This document shows positions 46,052 through 54,974 of a stretch of 64,000 nucleotides of DNA, piece after piece. The translations under genes were made by a program, and so were the position numbers. The DNA is taken from NCBI GenBank assembly GCA_947345935.1, contig CAMZZN010000001.1, positions 47,049 through 111,048 on the forward strand. The letters are read 5' to 3'. Under the pieces are notes generated by a model. The model saw only the letters and a program-made list of their open reading frames with translations. It made no database searches and was not told the DNA's origin. Numbering within the stretch: position 1 is the stretch's first letter; every line of letters starts with the position of its first letter. This DNA is from an uncultured Ruminococcus sp. (GTDB taxonomy: Bacteria > Bacillota > Clostridia > Oscillospirales > Ruminococcaceae).

Positions 46052-46202
46052 GATATCTGGCAGTGGGATTTATTCCACTATCGGAGGGTCAAAATTAATA
46101 TTTGTTTTCGGGCAGCAGGATTTTATTTTGCTATCGGATCACAGACAATACGGCATTGAAATATGTTGATTCTGTCCGCCCGGAAAGGCGGATTTTTTAT
46201 TT
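46052..46202 (+). promoter_or_regulatory. Attenuator leader with tandem repeated hairpins and intrinsic terminator
   Basis: Hairpins at 46056-85 and 46108-38 share GGCAG...CTATCGGA; terminator TCCGCC-CGGAAA-GGCGGA-TTTTTT (46175-98) lies just before the RBS. Confidence 0.75.
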
Positions 46203-46211
46203 GGAGGGATA

Positions 46212-46460
46212 ATGGAAGATAAAAGGATAGCAGTTGCAGCCATAGTAATTGACGAAAATTTGGCTGCTTCTGAGGTGAACAGAGTACTGCATGAGTACAG
46301 TGATATTATCATCGGAAGAATGGGGATTCCATACAGGGATAGAGGAATTTGTCTGATATCTGTTGCTCTCGATGCACCCACCGATGTTATCAGCAGCCTT
46401 ACAGGACGTCTTGGCAGAATAAGCGGCGTTTCAGTAAAAGCCGCAATATCAAAGAAATGA
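46212..46460 (+). CDS. TM1266-family putative [FeFe]-hydrogenase system regulator
   Basis: 82 aa, VNRVLHEYSDIIIGRMGIP, ISSLTGRLGRI; directly upstream of hydG. Confidence 0.85.
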   Translation: MEDKRIAVAAIVIDENLAASEVNRVLHEYSDIIIGRMGIPYRDRGICLISVALDAPTDVISSLTGRLGRISGVSVKAAISKK

Positions 46461-46470
46461 GGAAAAAATA

Positions 46471-47919
46471 ATGTATGACGTTAAATCATTAAAAGCAGAG
46501 GAATTTATCAGTAACGAGGAAATTCTTGAAACTCTTGATTATGCTGAAAAAAATAAGCATAATCGCCAGCTGATCGAGGAGATACTTGAAAAAGCTGCAC
46601 CCAAAAAGACCGGCAGGGGAGTAGAGTGTGCTGGATTGTCACATCGGGAGGCAAGCGTTCTTCTTGCCTGCGATGTTCCGGAACTTAATGAAAAAATGTA
46701 TAGTCTTGCCCGTGAGATCAAGGAAGCTTTTTACGGAAACAGAATTGTTATGTTTGCACCTCTGTATCTTTCAAATTATTGTGTGAATCAGTGCGTTTAC
46801 TGTCCATATCATATGCAGAATAAAGAGATACCCAGAAAAAAACTAACTCAGGATGAGGTACGGAATGAAGTGGTCGCACTTCAGGATATGGGACATAAAC
46901 GTCTTGCAATTGAATCGGGAGAAGATCCAGTAAATAATCCTATTGAATATATTCTCGAATGTATTAACACGATTTACTCAATAAAGCATAAAAATGGTGC
47001 AATTAGACGTGTAAATGTCAATATTGCAGCTACAACTGTTGAAAATTACAAGAAGCTTCACGATGCAGGCATCGGCACGTATATTCTTTTTCAGGAAACA
47101 TATCACAAGGAAAGCTACGAAAAGCTTCATCCGGCAGGACCCAAGCATAATTACGCATATCATACCGAAGCTATGGACAGAGCTATGGAGGGCGGCATTG
47201 ATGATGTTGGTCTCGGCGTTCTTTTCGGTCTGGATATGTATAAGTACGAATTTGCCGGTCTGCTCATGCACGCAGAGCATCTTGAAGTTGTACACGGCGT
47301 AGGACCTCACACTATCAGCGTTCCACGTGTAAAGAGGGCGTCTGATATCGACCCGGATGTATTTGATAACAGCATTGACGATGATACGTTCGCAAAAATC
47401 ATTGCCTGTATCAGAATTGCTGTCCCCTATACCGGAATGATTATCTCTACACGTGAAAATGAGGAATGCCGTGACAGGGTTATTGGACTTGGTATTTCTC
47501 AGATTTCCGGAGGTTCGAGAACGTCGGTAGGCGGATATGCGGGATATTCGCCGGAAGAGCGCCCTCATGACACGGAGCAGTTCGATGTTTCAGATCAGCG
47601 CTCGCTTGACGAGGTTGTCAGGTGGCTGATTGATTTGGGCTATATTCCGTCATTCTGTACTGCCTGCTATCGTGAAGGCAGAACAGGCGACAGATTTATG
47701 TCCCTTTGCAAAGTCGGGCAGATCCAGAATTGCTGTCATCCCAACGCTCTTATGACGCTTCAGGAATTTCTTGAGGACTATGCTTCGCCTGAAACCAAGG
47801 TTGCCGGAGAGAAACTTATTGCACAGGAGATCAACAAGGTAACTAATCCGAAGGTTCTTGAGAGAGCTGTACAGAATCTGAAAGATATAAAAAATGGAGA
47901 GAGAGACTTCCGTTTCTGA
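46471..47919 (+). CDS. hydG: [FeFe]-hydrogenase H-cluster maturase HydG
   Basis: CVNQCVYC radical SAM motif, GPHTISVPR, and the auxiliary-cluster motif FCTACYR...IQNCCHPN that ThiH lacks. Confidence 0.9.
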   Translation: MYDVKSLKAEEFISNEEILETLDYAEKNKHNRQLIEEILEKAAPKKTGRGVECAGLSHREASVLLACDVPELNEKMYSLAREIKEAFYGNRIVMFAPLYLSNYCVNQCVYCPYHMQNKEIPRKKLTQDEVRNEVVALQDMGHKRLAIESGEDPVNNPIEYILECINTIYSIKHKNGAIRRVNVNIAATTVENYKKLHDAGIGTYILFQETYHKESYEKLHPAGPKHNYAYHTEAMDRAMEGGIDDVGLGVLFGLDMYKYEFAGLLMHAEHLEVVHGVGPHTISVPRVKRASDIDPDVFDNSIDDDTFAKIIACIRIAVPYTGMIISTRENEECRDRVIGLGISQISGGSRTSVGGYAGYSPEERPHDTEQFDVSDQRSLDEVVRWLIDLGYIPSFCTACYREGRTGDRFMSLCKVGQIQNCCHPNALMTLQEFLEDYASPETKVAGEKLIAQEINKVTNPKVLERAVQNLKDIKNGERDFRF

Positions 47920-47951
47920 TTTGCATAATATAACAGATCTACTGAATAAAT

Positions 47952-47984
47952 GCCGGATATATGCAGTTTTATCCGGCTTTTTTT
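47952..47984 (+). terminator. Terminator after hydG
   Basis: GCCGGATA / TATCCGGC stem plus T7. Confidence 0.85.
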
Positions 47985-48014
47985 GTATCTAAACACGGTT
48001 TTTAGTTTGTGATG

Positions 48015-48043
48015 TTGACATTAAGAAGAAAAGGTGATATAAT
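48015..48043 (+). promoter_or_regulatory. Sigma-A promoter of the lipoprotein cluster
   Basis: TTGACA, 17 nt, TATAAT with extended TG. Confidence 0.8.
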
Positions 48044-48117
48044 ACTTATTACTGAATTCTGCTGATGAGAGTGCGCTCCGGCTGGGTTCATAATCAAAAT
48101 TATACGGAGGTAATAAA

Positions 48118-48981
48118 ATGAAAAAAGTACTCGCATTTATTATGGCGGTAACTACCTGCCTTTGCACCTTTGCAGCCTGCGGTGATAAGGATGACAGCAG
48201 CAAGAGCGAAAAGTCTGAAAAGAAATCATCTTCTGAGGTGAAGGATGAGGACGACAAAAATGATGATGAAAAGAAACCCGATAAAAAGGATTCGGAAGAT
48301 GAAACAGAGCCTGAGACAGACGATACTGACATTAAGGATAAAAAAGACAACGATAAGGATGATCCCGACATCGACGTAACTGAACCCGAGAAAGATGATC
48401 CTGTAAGTAATCCCGGCAGCAATTCCGGTAATGTTTCTGATGATGTTTACCTTGAAACGTTTATGGAATTTTGTCAGATGGCTGTAGATCAGGACATAGA
48501 GGGTCTTATGAACCTGACTTTCCCTGATGTGCTGATTGAAGCAATGAGAAAGACAAATGCATATGACTTTATGGCAGAGGAACTTGACGGTTCATACGAT
48601 TCTATGTCTGCTGATGATCTCAGCAAGATTGAGCTTGAAAGCGTTACCGACTGTGATGCTGTAACTAAGGAAAAACTTGAAAAGCTGTATTCCGTTTATT
48701 CAAACCTTTTCTTCTGCATGGCTGAAAACAATATCATGTATGAGGATATGGAGTCTGGAAATATTGACGAGGAAAAGGCTCTTCTCATTATGGAGCCCGC
48801 TATGCAGCTTGCTCAGTTAAGCGATATTGAGAACCTTGACGTTGAAATCACTGTTCCTTTTGAGGAGGCTAAGTTTGTAACTCTGTCCGCTGACGGCGAT
48901 GATCAGAAGTTTGTTATGTACAAACTTGCAGGAGAGGACTGGAAGATGGATACTATCGGTCTTGCACTCTTTGGATTCTGA
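48118..48981 (+). CDS. Hypothetical lipoprotein, paralog 1
   Basis: Lipobox FAAC, D/K/E linker, shared core (LYSVYSN...GNIDE...YKLAGEDWK). Confidence 0.8.
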   Translation: MKKVLAFIMAVTTCLCTFAACGDKDDSSKSEKSEKKSSSEVKDEDDKNDDEKKPDKKDSEDETEPETDDTDIKDKKDNDKDDPDIDVTEPEKDDPVSNPGSNSGNVSDDVYLETFMEFCQMAVDQDIEGLMNLTFPDVLIEAMRKTNAYDFMAEELDGSYDSMSADDLSKIELESVTDCDAVTKEKLEKLYSVYSNLFFCMAENNIMYEDMESGNIDEEKALLIMEPAMQLAQLSDIENLDVEITVPFEEAKFVTLSADGDDQKFVMYKLAGEDWKMDTIGLALFGF

Positions 48982-49004
48982 TGCGATATTAAGGAGAGCA
49001 GATC

Positions 49005-49709
49005 GTGAAAAAAATGCTTGCATTTTTTACGGCAGCCGTATGTTGTTTCGGTTTGCTTACAGCCTGTGGAGAGAAGAAAGACAGCAGTCGGGAAGGAGAT
49101 AGCGTCTCTGAAGGGGCTGCTGATCCCGGCAATGAAATAAGCAGCGCTGTTGAGAAAATTTCCGGCGAAGAATTTACGGAAACATTCCGTAAATTCTTCG
49201 GCAGCGGCGACCCTGTTCAGATGATGGAAGTCTCTCTTCCGGATATTATTGTTGACTCAATGAAGAATATCGGAGGTTTTGAAACCATAAGTGAAACTAT
49301 GGCGGTTTCCTCTTCTCGAGCGATGGCGGATATGCAGGAAGTTGATATCGCAGCTGTCGAGTATATTTCCCAGAGCGAATGTGATCCGGAGATACGCAGC
49401 AGGCTTGAAAGTCTGTATTGTGCATATTATAATGTGTACAAGACCATGGAGGATAACGGCATAAGTTATGAGCAGTATATTGCCGGTGATATTGATGAAG
49501 ATAAAATGAAGCTTATTTTAGAGGCGCTTTCAGATTATAGCAGGGTCGGCAGCGGCGAAGAAACCGATGTCGGAGCGTATGTGAAATTTGAAGATGTGAA
49601 ATTTGTTACTTTTTCGATGAACGGTGAGCCAGTTGAATTTCTGATGTACAAAATAAGTGGGGAAAGCTGGAAGATTGATATGATCGGTCTTGCAGTTTTT
49701 GAATACTGA
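49005..49709 (+). CDS. Hypothetical lipoprotein, paralog 2
   Basis: GTG start, lipobox LTAC, core LYCAYYN...GDIDE...YKISGESWK. Confidence 0.8.
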   Translation: MKKMLAFFTAAVCCFGLLTACGEKKDSSREGDSVSEGAADPGNEISSAVEKISGEEFTETFRKFFGSGDPVQMMEVSLPDIIVDSMKNIGGFETISETMAVSSSRAMADMQEVDIAAVEYISQSECDPEIRSRLESLYCAYYNVYKTMEDNGISYEQYIAGDIDEDKMKLILEALSDYSRVGSGEETDVGAYVKFEDVKFVTFSMNGEPVEFLMYKISGESWKIDMIGLAVFEY

Positions 49710-49728
49710 TTATTTAAGGAGAATTTTT

Positions 49729-50442
49729 ATGAAAAAGATTTTGGCTTTTCTTATGGCAGTAACAACGTGTTTTTGTGCGTTTACAGCCTGCGGTGATACA
49801 GACGACAGCAGTGAAAAGGATAAATCCAATAAATCGTCAAGTGAGGATTCTGATGAAAGCGGAAAGAAAAACAAAGACAATAAAGATGATGACGAGTCTG
49901 AGAATGAGGTATATCTTGCAGCTTTCCAGAAGCTTATTGATGCGGCGGCAGCCGAAGATGTTACAGCTACAATGAGAGCTACGCTTCCTGATATGACAAT
50001 GGACGCCATTGAGAATACTGATTCCATGGATGCTATTTCTGATGCTATGGGAAGCCTTGCCGGATACGGTTTTGACAATATAACATCACCGGAGATCGCT
50101 GCTGTAGACGAGTGTGATGCTGACGTTGTCGAAAAGCTTGAAAAGCTCTATTCCGTTTATTCTAATATGTTCTTTATCATGGATGAAAATGACATTAGCT
50201 ATAATGATGTAATGAGCGGAAATATTGATGAGGATAAGGCAACGCTCATTATGGACGCTGCTACTCAGCTTGCGCAGATTGATAATTTTGACAGCCTTGA
50301 CATAGATATATCTGTTGAGTTCGAAGAAGCAAAAATGGTTACTTTCAGTTATAATAACGTGGAAGAAAAGGCTGTAGTATATAAAGTTGCAGGTGAGGAT
50401 TGGAAAGTGGATAGTATCGGTATAGAGGCTATCGGATATTAA
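49729..50442 (+). CDS. Hypothetical lipoprotein, paralog 3
   Basis: ATG at 49729 after AAGGAG, lipobox FTAC, core LYSVYSN...GNIDE...YKVAGEDWK. Confidence 0.8.
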   Translation: MKKILAFLMAVTTCFCAFTACGDTDDSSEKDKSNKSSSEDSDESGKKNKDNKDDDESENEVYLAAFQKLIDAAAAEDVTATMRATLPDMTMDAIENTDSMDAISDAMGSLAGYGFDNITSPEIAAVDECDADVVEKLEKLYSVYSNMFFIMDENDISYNDVMSGNIDEDKATLIMDAATQLAQIDNFDSLDIDISVEFEEAKMVTFSYNNVEEKAVVYKVAGEDWKVDSIGIEAIGY

Positions 50443-50522
50443 TGCTCTGTTTTCGTCAGCATGATTCCAATAAATTGATCGCTGAAAATCTTTCGTCGGA
50501 AACATAATGGAGGAATTTAAAA

Positions 50523-50723
50523 ATGATGTACAAATTAATGGCAGCAGTTGGAAATGCTCCTGTTACGGGGGATACTTTCCCGGTCAAAACAATTCTTATC
50601 ATTGCAATAATTGCCGTGGCAGCAGCTGTTGGAATGGTCATTTTGACCAAAGGCAGGAATAATGATGATGAAGATGATAACAACGAGGAGTCAGAAGAAC
50701 AGAATAATTCTAAAAATGAATAA
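50523..50723 (+). CDS. Small membrane protein resembling an isolated sortase sorting signal
   Basis: GGAGG RBS; PVTGD, hydrophobic helix, KGR, acidic tail. Confidence 0.65.
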   Translation: MMYKLMAAVGNAPVTGDTFPVKTILIIAIIAVAAAVGMVILTKGRNNDDEDDNNEESEEQNNSKNE

Positions 50724-50771
50724 TTACAGGAATGTCCCTCCGCATACAATATGTATGCGGAGGTGTTTTTT

Positions 50772-51071
50772 ATGATATGCAGTCTTGATGATTTGAGAAG
50801 AAAGGAAGTAATAGATATAACGAGCGGCGAACGGCTGGGATACATAGACGACGCAGAAATGGATCTGGAAACGTCGGAAGTTGAGGCTCTTATGATCTAC
50901 GGCAGACAGAAATTATTTGGCTTGCTCGGACGTGAAACAGATGTGTTGATACCATGTTCGGATATCAGGGTGGTCGGCAGTGATGTTATACTTGTAAAGT
51001 TGTCAGTACGTCCGGAATTGTCACATCCGGCAAAAAAAGAAGAGAATAAATTTAAAAGTTTGTTAAAATAG
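50772..51071 (+). CDS. YlmC/YmxH-family PRC-barrel sporulation protein
   Basis: LRRKEVIDITSGERLG, IPCSDIRVVGSDVILV. ATG at 50772 follows GGAGG. Confidence 0.85.
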   Translation: MICSLDDLRRKEVIDITSGERLGYIDDAEMDLETSEVEALMIYGRQKLFGLLGRETDVLIPCSDIRVVGSDVILVKLSVRPELSHPAKKEENKFKSLLK

Positions 51072-51086
51072 ACAACCGCTTAGTAC

Positions 51087-51115
51087 TTGAAAAAAAAAGG
51101 AAAATATGGTATAAT
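51087..51115 (+). promoter_or_regulatory. Sigma-A promoter of rpsB
   Basis: TTGAAA, 17 nt, TATAAT with extended TG. Confidence 0.75.
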
Positions 51116-51121
51116 ATTAAA

Positions 51122-51226
51122 GCAATTCGCACGCAGATGTTTTTACGGGCTGGTGCATCTCAGATGTTGTCTGTAAGTTAAACTCTGCGGAGGATTAATT
51201 TTAACCAATTTAAGGAGGACTACACC
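51122..51226 (+). promoter_or_regulatory. S2 (rpsB) ribosomal leader
   Basis: Leader with CGCACGCAG...GGTGC...CTGCGGAGG elements resembling the S2 autoregulatory RNA. Confidence 0.55.
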
Positions 51227-51979
51227 ATGGGAGTAGTATCAATGAAGCAGCTTCTTGAGGCAGGCGTTCATTTCGGACACCAGACAAGAAGATGGAACCC
51301 TAAAATGGCTCCGTACATCTTTACAGAAAGAAACGGAATCTACATTATCGACCTTCAGAAGACGGTAAAGAAGCTTGAAGAAGCTTATATGTTTGTTCGT
51401 GATCTCTCGGCAGAGGGCGGCGAAGTTCTTTTCGTAGGTACAAAGAAGCAGGCTGGCGACTCTGTAAGAGAGGAAGCAACAAGAGCTGGTGCACATTATG
51501 TAAATGCAAGATGGCTTGGCGGTATGCTTACAAACTTCAAGACCATCCAGACAAGAATCAAGAGACTTGAGCAGCTCCATGCAATGGAAGAAGACGGTAC
51601 CTTTGCTCTTCTCCCTAAGAAGGAAGTTGTTAAGCTTAATCTTGAGATAGAGAAGCTTGAAAAGTTCCTTGGCGGTATCAAGAATATGAAGAAGCTCCCC
51701 GCAGCTCTCTTTATCGTTGATCCCAGAAAGGAAAAGATCGCTGTAGCTGAGGCTAAGAAGCTCAACATCCCGATCGTTGCTATAGTTGATACAAACTGCG
51801 ATCCTGATGAGGTTGACTACGTTATCCCCGGCAACGATGATGCTATCAGAGCAGTAAAGCTTATTGCAGGTACTGTTGCAAACGCTATCATCGAAGGCAG
51901 ACAGGGCGATGACGCTGTTGAAGAAGCAGTAGCAGAGACTGATGCTGCTGAAGAAGCACCTGCTGAGGATGCTGAATAA
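51227..51979 (+). CDS. rpsB: 30S ribosomal protein S2
   Basis: [35 protein letters not shown]. Confidence 0.99.
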   Translation: MGVVSMKQLLEAGVHFGHQTRRWNPKMAPYIFTERNGIYIIDLQKTVKKLEEAYMFVRDLSAEGGEVLFVGTKKQAGDSVREEATRAGAHYVNARWLGGMLTNFKTIQTRIKRLEQLHAMEEDGTFALLPKKEVVKLNLEIEKLEKFLGGIKNMKKLPAALFIVDPRKEKIAVAEAKKLNIPIVAIVDTNCDPDEVDYVIPGNDDAIRAVKLIAGTVANAIIEGRQGDDAVEEAVAETDAAEEAPAEDAE

Positions 51980-52110
51980 TTTATAAATAAAAACAAGGCA
52001 GTATCGGACGGCAAAGGCGTGAGCCGCTGATTATGCGGTGCTGCCTTATAAGCCCGAATGTAAACGTTCGGGTTTTTGCAGATAATACAATATTACAGGA
52101 GGTAATTACA

Positions 52111-53028
52111 ATGGGAAAGGTTTCCGTTGCTGAAATCAAAGAACTTATGAAATCTACCGGTGTTGGTATGATGGACTGCAAGAAGGCTCTCGAAGCTAAC
52201 GACGGCGATATGGATAAGGCTATCGAGTTCCTCAGAGAAAAAGGTCTTGCAACGCAGGCAAAGAAGAGCGGCAGAGCTGCTGCAGAGGGTATTGTTACAG
52301 CTGTTGTAAACGGCAATGTAGGAGTACTCCTTGAAGTAAATACAGAGACAGACTTCGCTGCAAATACAGATGACATCAAGAATTTTGTAAACGGCGTTGC
52401 AAACACGATTATTGAAAAGAATCCTGCTGACGTTGAGGCTCTCAAGGCTGAGGTTATCAGCGGCGGTACGGCTACAGTAGGCGATGTTCTCACTGAACTT
52501 GCCGGCATGAAGATCAGAGAAAATATTGTTATCCGTCGTTTTGTAAGAATGGAGGGCGTTCTTGCTTCTTATATTCATAACGGCGGCAGCATTGGCGTTA
52601 TGGTAAAGCTTGATACAGAACTTTCTGCTGACCAGGTAACTGCCATTGGTAAGGATGTAGCTATGCAGTCGGCTGCTCTTAATGCTCCTTATTTAAAGCG
52701 TGAGGATGTTCCTGCCGATGTTATCGAGAAAGAAAAGGAGATCATGCTCGCTCAGATGGCTGAAGATCCTAAGATGGCAAGCAAGCCTGAAAAGGTAAAG
52801 GAAGGCATTGTTCAGGGTAAGATCGGTAAATACTACAAGGAAAACTGTCTCCTCGAACAGGCATTTGTCAAGGATGATAAGCTTTCTGTTCAGGGATATG
52901 TTGACGCTGAGGCAAAGAAGCTTGGCGGTTCTATTGTCGTAACTGACGTTATCCGTTATGAGAGAGGCGAGGGTGTTGAGAAGAAGGAAGACAACCTTGC
53001 AGACGAAGTTGCAAAGATGATTAAGTAA
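52111..53028 (+). CDS. tsf: Elongation factor Ts
   Basis: TGVGMMDCKKAL, NTETDF. True start is the ATG at 52111 after AGGAGG. Confidence 0.98.
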   Translation: MGKVSVAEIKELMKSTGVGMMDCKKALEANDGDMDKAIEFLREKGLATQAKKSGRAAAEGIVTAVVNGNVGVLLEVNTETDFAANTDDIKNFVNGVANTIIEKNPADVEALKAEVISGGTATVGDVLTELAGMKIRENIVIRRFVRMEGVLASYIHNGGSIGVMVKLDTELSADQVTAIGKDVAMQSAALNAPYLKREDVPADVIEKEKEIMLAQMAEDPKMASKPEKVKEGIVQGKIGKYYKENCLLEQAFVKDDKLSVQGYVDAEAKKLGGSIVVTDVIRYERGEGVEKKEDNLADEVAKMIK

Positions 53029-53033
53029 TGTAT

Positions 53034-53066
53034 ATCGGCACACGGTTATTCTGTGTGCCGATTTTT
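53034..53066 (+). terminator. Terminator after tsf
   Basis: ATCGGCACACGG / CTGTGTGCCGAT stem plus T tract. Confidence 0.85.
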
Positions 53067-53076
53067 GGAGGTTTAT

Positions 53077-53853
53077 ATGAAAAATAAAATAGTTATTCTG
53101 TTGCTGGTTATGGTTGTCAGCGGTATTTTTGCGTTTGCAGGTTTTTCAGACGCAAAGCTTGTATTTGAGGATAAGAGACTGGATATAAATAGTGCGGAAA
53201 GAGATGATTTCAGTTTTCCTGCAATTGCCGAGGGCGAGGCTTATATTATTTCCGGACCGTTTGCTGAACTTGAAGAAAAGAATACGGTTTACGGAATTCC
53301 GGTAGGAAAGAAAAGTACATATTATTATCTTGTCAGCAATACTGACTACGAAACGTTTTCTGATATCATAATGTCTGATACCGACAATATATTTGGTGAA
53401 ATGACCTGGTATATAGCATCTGTGTCTGATGAGGATCTTGTCGAGAAGTTTGATTCTGCTGCATTAAAAATGGATAGATGGATGCAGAATTACTCAAATC
53501 TTGTTTCTCTTTTTGAAAAAAGCGGTTATGACGATGAGCTTGATGCTCAGAAAGTTGAAAATTTACTCGATCAACTGCCTGATGAAACGATAAAGATCAG
53601 CGGTTTTTTGAAAAGTCAGAGTTCTGATTCTGATTACGAAAAGTACAGGGACGATTTCCTTGCTTCCGCAGATTTTGATTCATCAGATATAGGTGAACTT
53701 TTAATCAAGGCAGAGGGCGAAGGTTCAAAGACCGGAACTATTGAAGTTATAATTTTCTTTGCAGCATCGGCTGTTTTCCTCATCTCGTTTATTCTTCTGA
53801 TTGTTTCACTTATAAAGAAAGCGAAGAAAAAGAAGTCAGAGGAACTGTGGTAA
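53077..53853 (+). CDS. Hypothetical membrane protein (N- and C-terminal TM segments)
   Basis: ATG at 53077 after GGAGG; two hydrophobic helices and a basic tail. Confidence 0.7.
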   Translation: MKNKIVILLLVMVVSGIFAFAGFSDAKLVFEDKRLDINSAERDDFSFPAIAEGEAYIISGPFAELEEKNTVYGIPVGKKSTYYYLVSNTDYETFSDIIMSDTDNIFGEMTWYIASVSDEDLVEKFDSAALKMDRWMQNYSNLVSLFEKSGYDDELDAQKVENLLDQLPDETIKISGFLKSQSSDSDYEKYRDDFLASADFDSSDIGELLIKAEGEGSKTGTIEVIIFFAASAVFLISFILLIVSLIKKAKKKKSEELW

Positions 53854-53890
53854 TTAATTCTGAAAATATTATATAAAACAAGTGAGTTGT

Positions 53891-53939
53891 GCTCCTGAAA
53901 CTTTGTGCAGAATAACGAAGAGTCAGGAGCTCTTTTTTT
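53891..53939 (+). terminator. Terminator-like hairpin
   Basis: GCTCCTGA / TCAGGAGC stem with inner stem, followed by T7. Confidence 0.65.
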
Positions 53940-53950
53940 GTGCAATATGC

Positions 53951-53979
53951 TTGCAGTTCCAGAAAAAGTATGTTATAAT
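53951..53979 (+). promoter_or_regulatory. Sigma-A promoter of the moxR operon
   Basis: TTGCAG, 17 nt, TATAAT with extended TG. Confidence 0.6.
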
Positions 53980-54032
53980 AATATGGAATAGATATATCTG
54001 TTCTTATTATGAAAATCAGCGGGGTGGATTAT

Positions 54033-54974
54033 ATGAATCAGGATGTCACAAGGATTGCGGAATCTGTGGGAAGGGTAATTGTCGGAAAAAATGATACGAT
54101 CGTTAAACTGATTGCTGCAATGCTTTGTGAGGGTCATGTTCTTCTTGAAGATGTTCCAGGCGTTGGAAAAACCCAGCTTATCACGTCGCTGTCACGATCT
54201 ATAGGCGGAAAATTTAACAGAATTCAGCTTACCCCGGACGTAATGCCTTCGGATATTGCAGGTTTTACGATGATGGATCAGAAAAGCGGCGAATTCATTT
54301 ACCGTGACGGCGCTGTAATGTGTAATTTTCTTCTTGCAGACGAGATCAACCGTGCTTCGCCGAAAGTACAGTCAGCGCTCCTTGAAGCAATGGAGGAACG
54401 GCAGATAAGCCTTGACGGAGTGACTCATAAGCTTCCGCAGCCTTTTCTTGTAATGGCTACTCAGAATCCGGTTGAAACTTACGGCACATTTCATCTTCCG
54501 GAAGCTCAGATGGACAGATTTTTCATGAAGTTGTCAATGGGGTATCCATCGGAGGATGAAGAGATAAAGATTCTTGAGCGTACTGAAAAACATAATCCGA
54601 TAAATAATATCGAATCTTCTGTCATGTCCCTTGACGATGTTCTGGAAATGCAGGATGATGTGCGGCGCATACGTGTTACCGATCAGGTCAGGCAGTACAT
54701 AGTAAAGATGATAAATTCAACACGGGATAACAGAAATACAATTCTTGGAGTCAGTCCACGTGGAAGTATCGCTTTGTACAAGGCGGTAAAGGCTCTTGCA
54801 TACATTTACGACAGAGAATATGCCACTCCCGATGATGTAAAAAATATGGCTGTTGCGGTTCTTGCTCACAGGATAATACTTTCACCGCAGGGAAAAACGG
54901 CTTTTGGCACTAATGAAGCGTATGTTGAGCATCTGCTTTCAGAAATCAGCGTACCGTCAATGAGCGCAAAATGA
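54033..54974 (+). CDS. MoxR-family AAA+ ATPase
   Basis: LLEDVPGVGKT, LLADEINRASPKVQSALLEAM, ATQNP, QMDRF. Confidence 0.95.
   Translation: MNQDVTRIAESVGRVIVGKNDTIVKLIAAMLCEGHVLLEDVPGVGKTQLITSLSRSIGGKFNRIQLTPDVMPSDIAGFTMMDQKSGEFIYRDGAVMCNFLLADEINRASPKVQSALLEAMEERQISLDGVTHKLPQPFLVMATQNPVETYGTFHLPEAQMDRFFMKLSMGYPSEDEEIKILERTEKHNPINNIESSVMSLDDVLEMQDDVRRIRVTDQVRQYIVKMINSTRDNRNTILGVSPRGSIALYKAVKALAYIYDREYATPDDVKNMAVAVLAHRIILSPQGKTAFGTNEAYVEHLLSEISVPSMSAK

Noticed and set aside
46052-46202. TPP riboswitch (if the downstream gene were thiH)
   Set aside because: No CTGAGA, ATACC or CCTGA motifs, and the gene has the HydG auxiliary-cluster motif.
48053-48090. CTGATGAG hammerhead-like or fluoride-riboswitch-like core in the lipoprotein leader
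   Set aside because: The GAAA after stem II is replaced by CGGC and the fluoride 5' motif is absent. It folds only as a modest hairpin.
52033-52110. 26-aa N-terminal extension of EF-Ts (similar extensions in the track at 43871, 49690, 56076, 60704)
   Set aside because: RBS position points to downstream starts; the extensions are ORF-caller artefacts.
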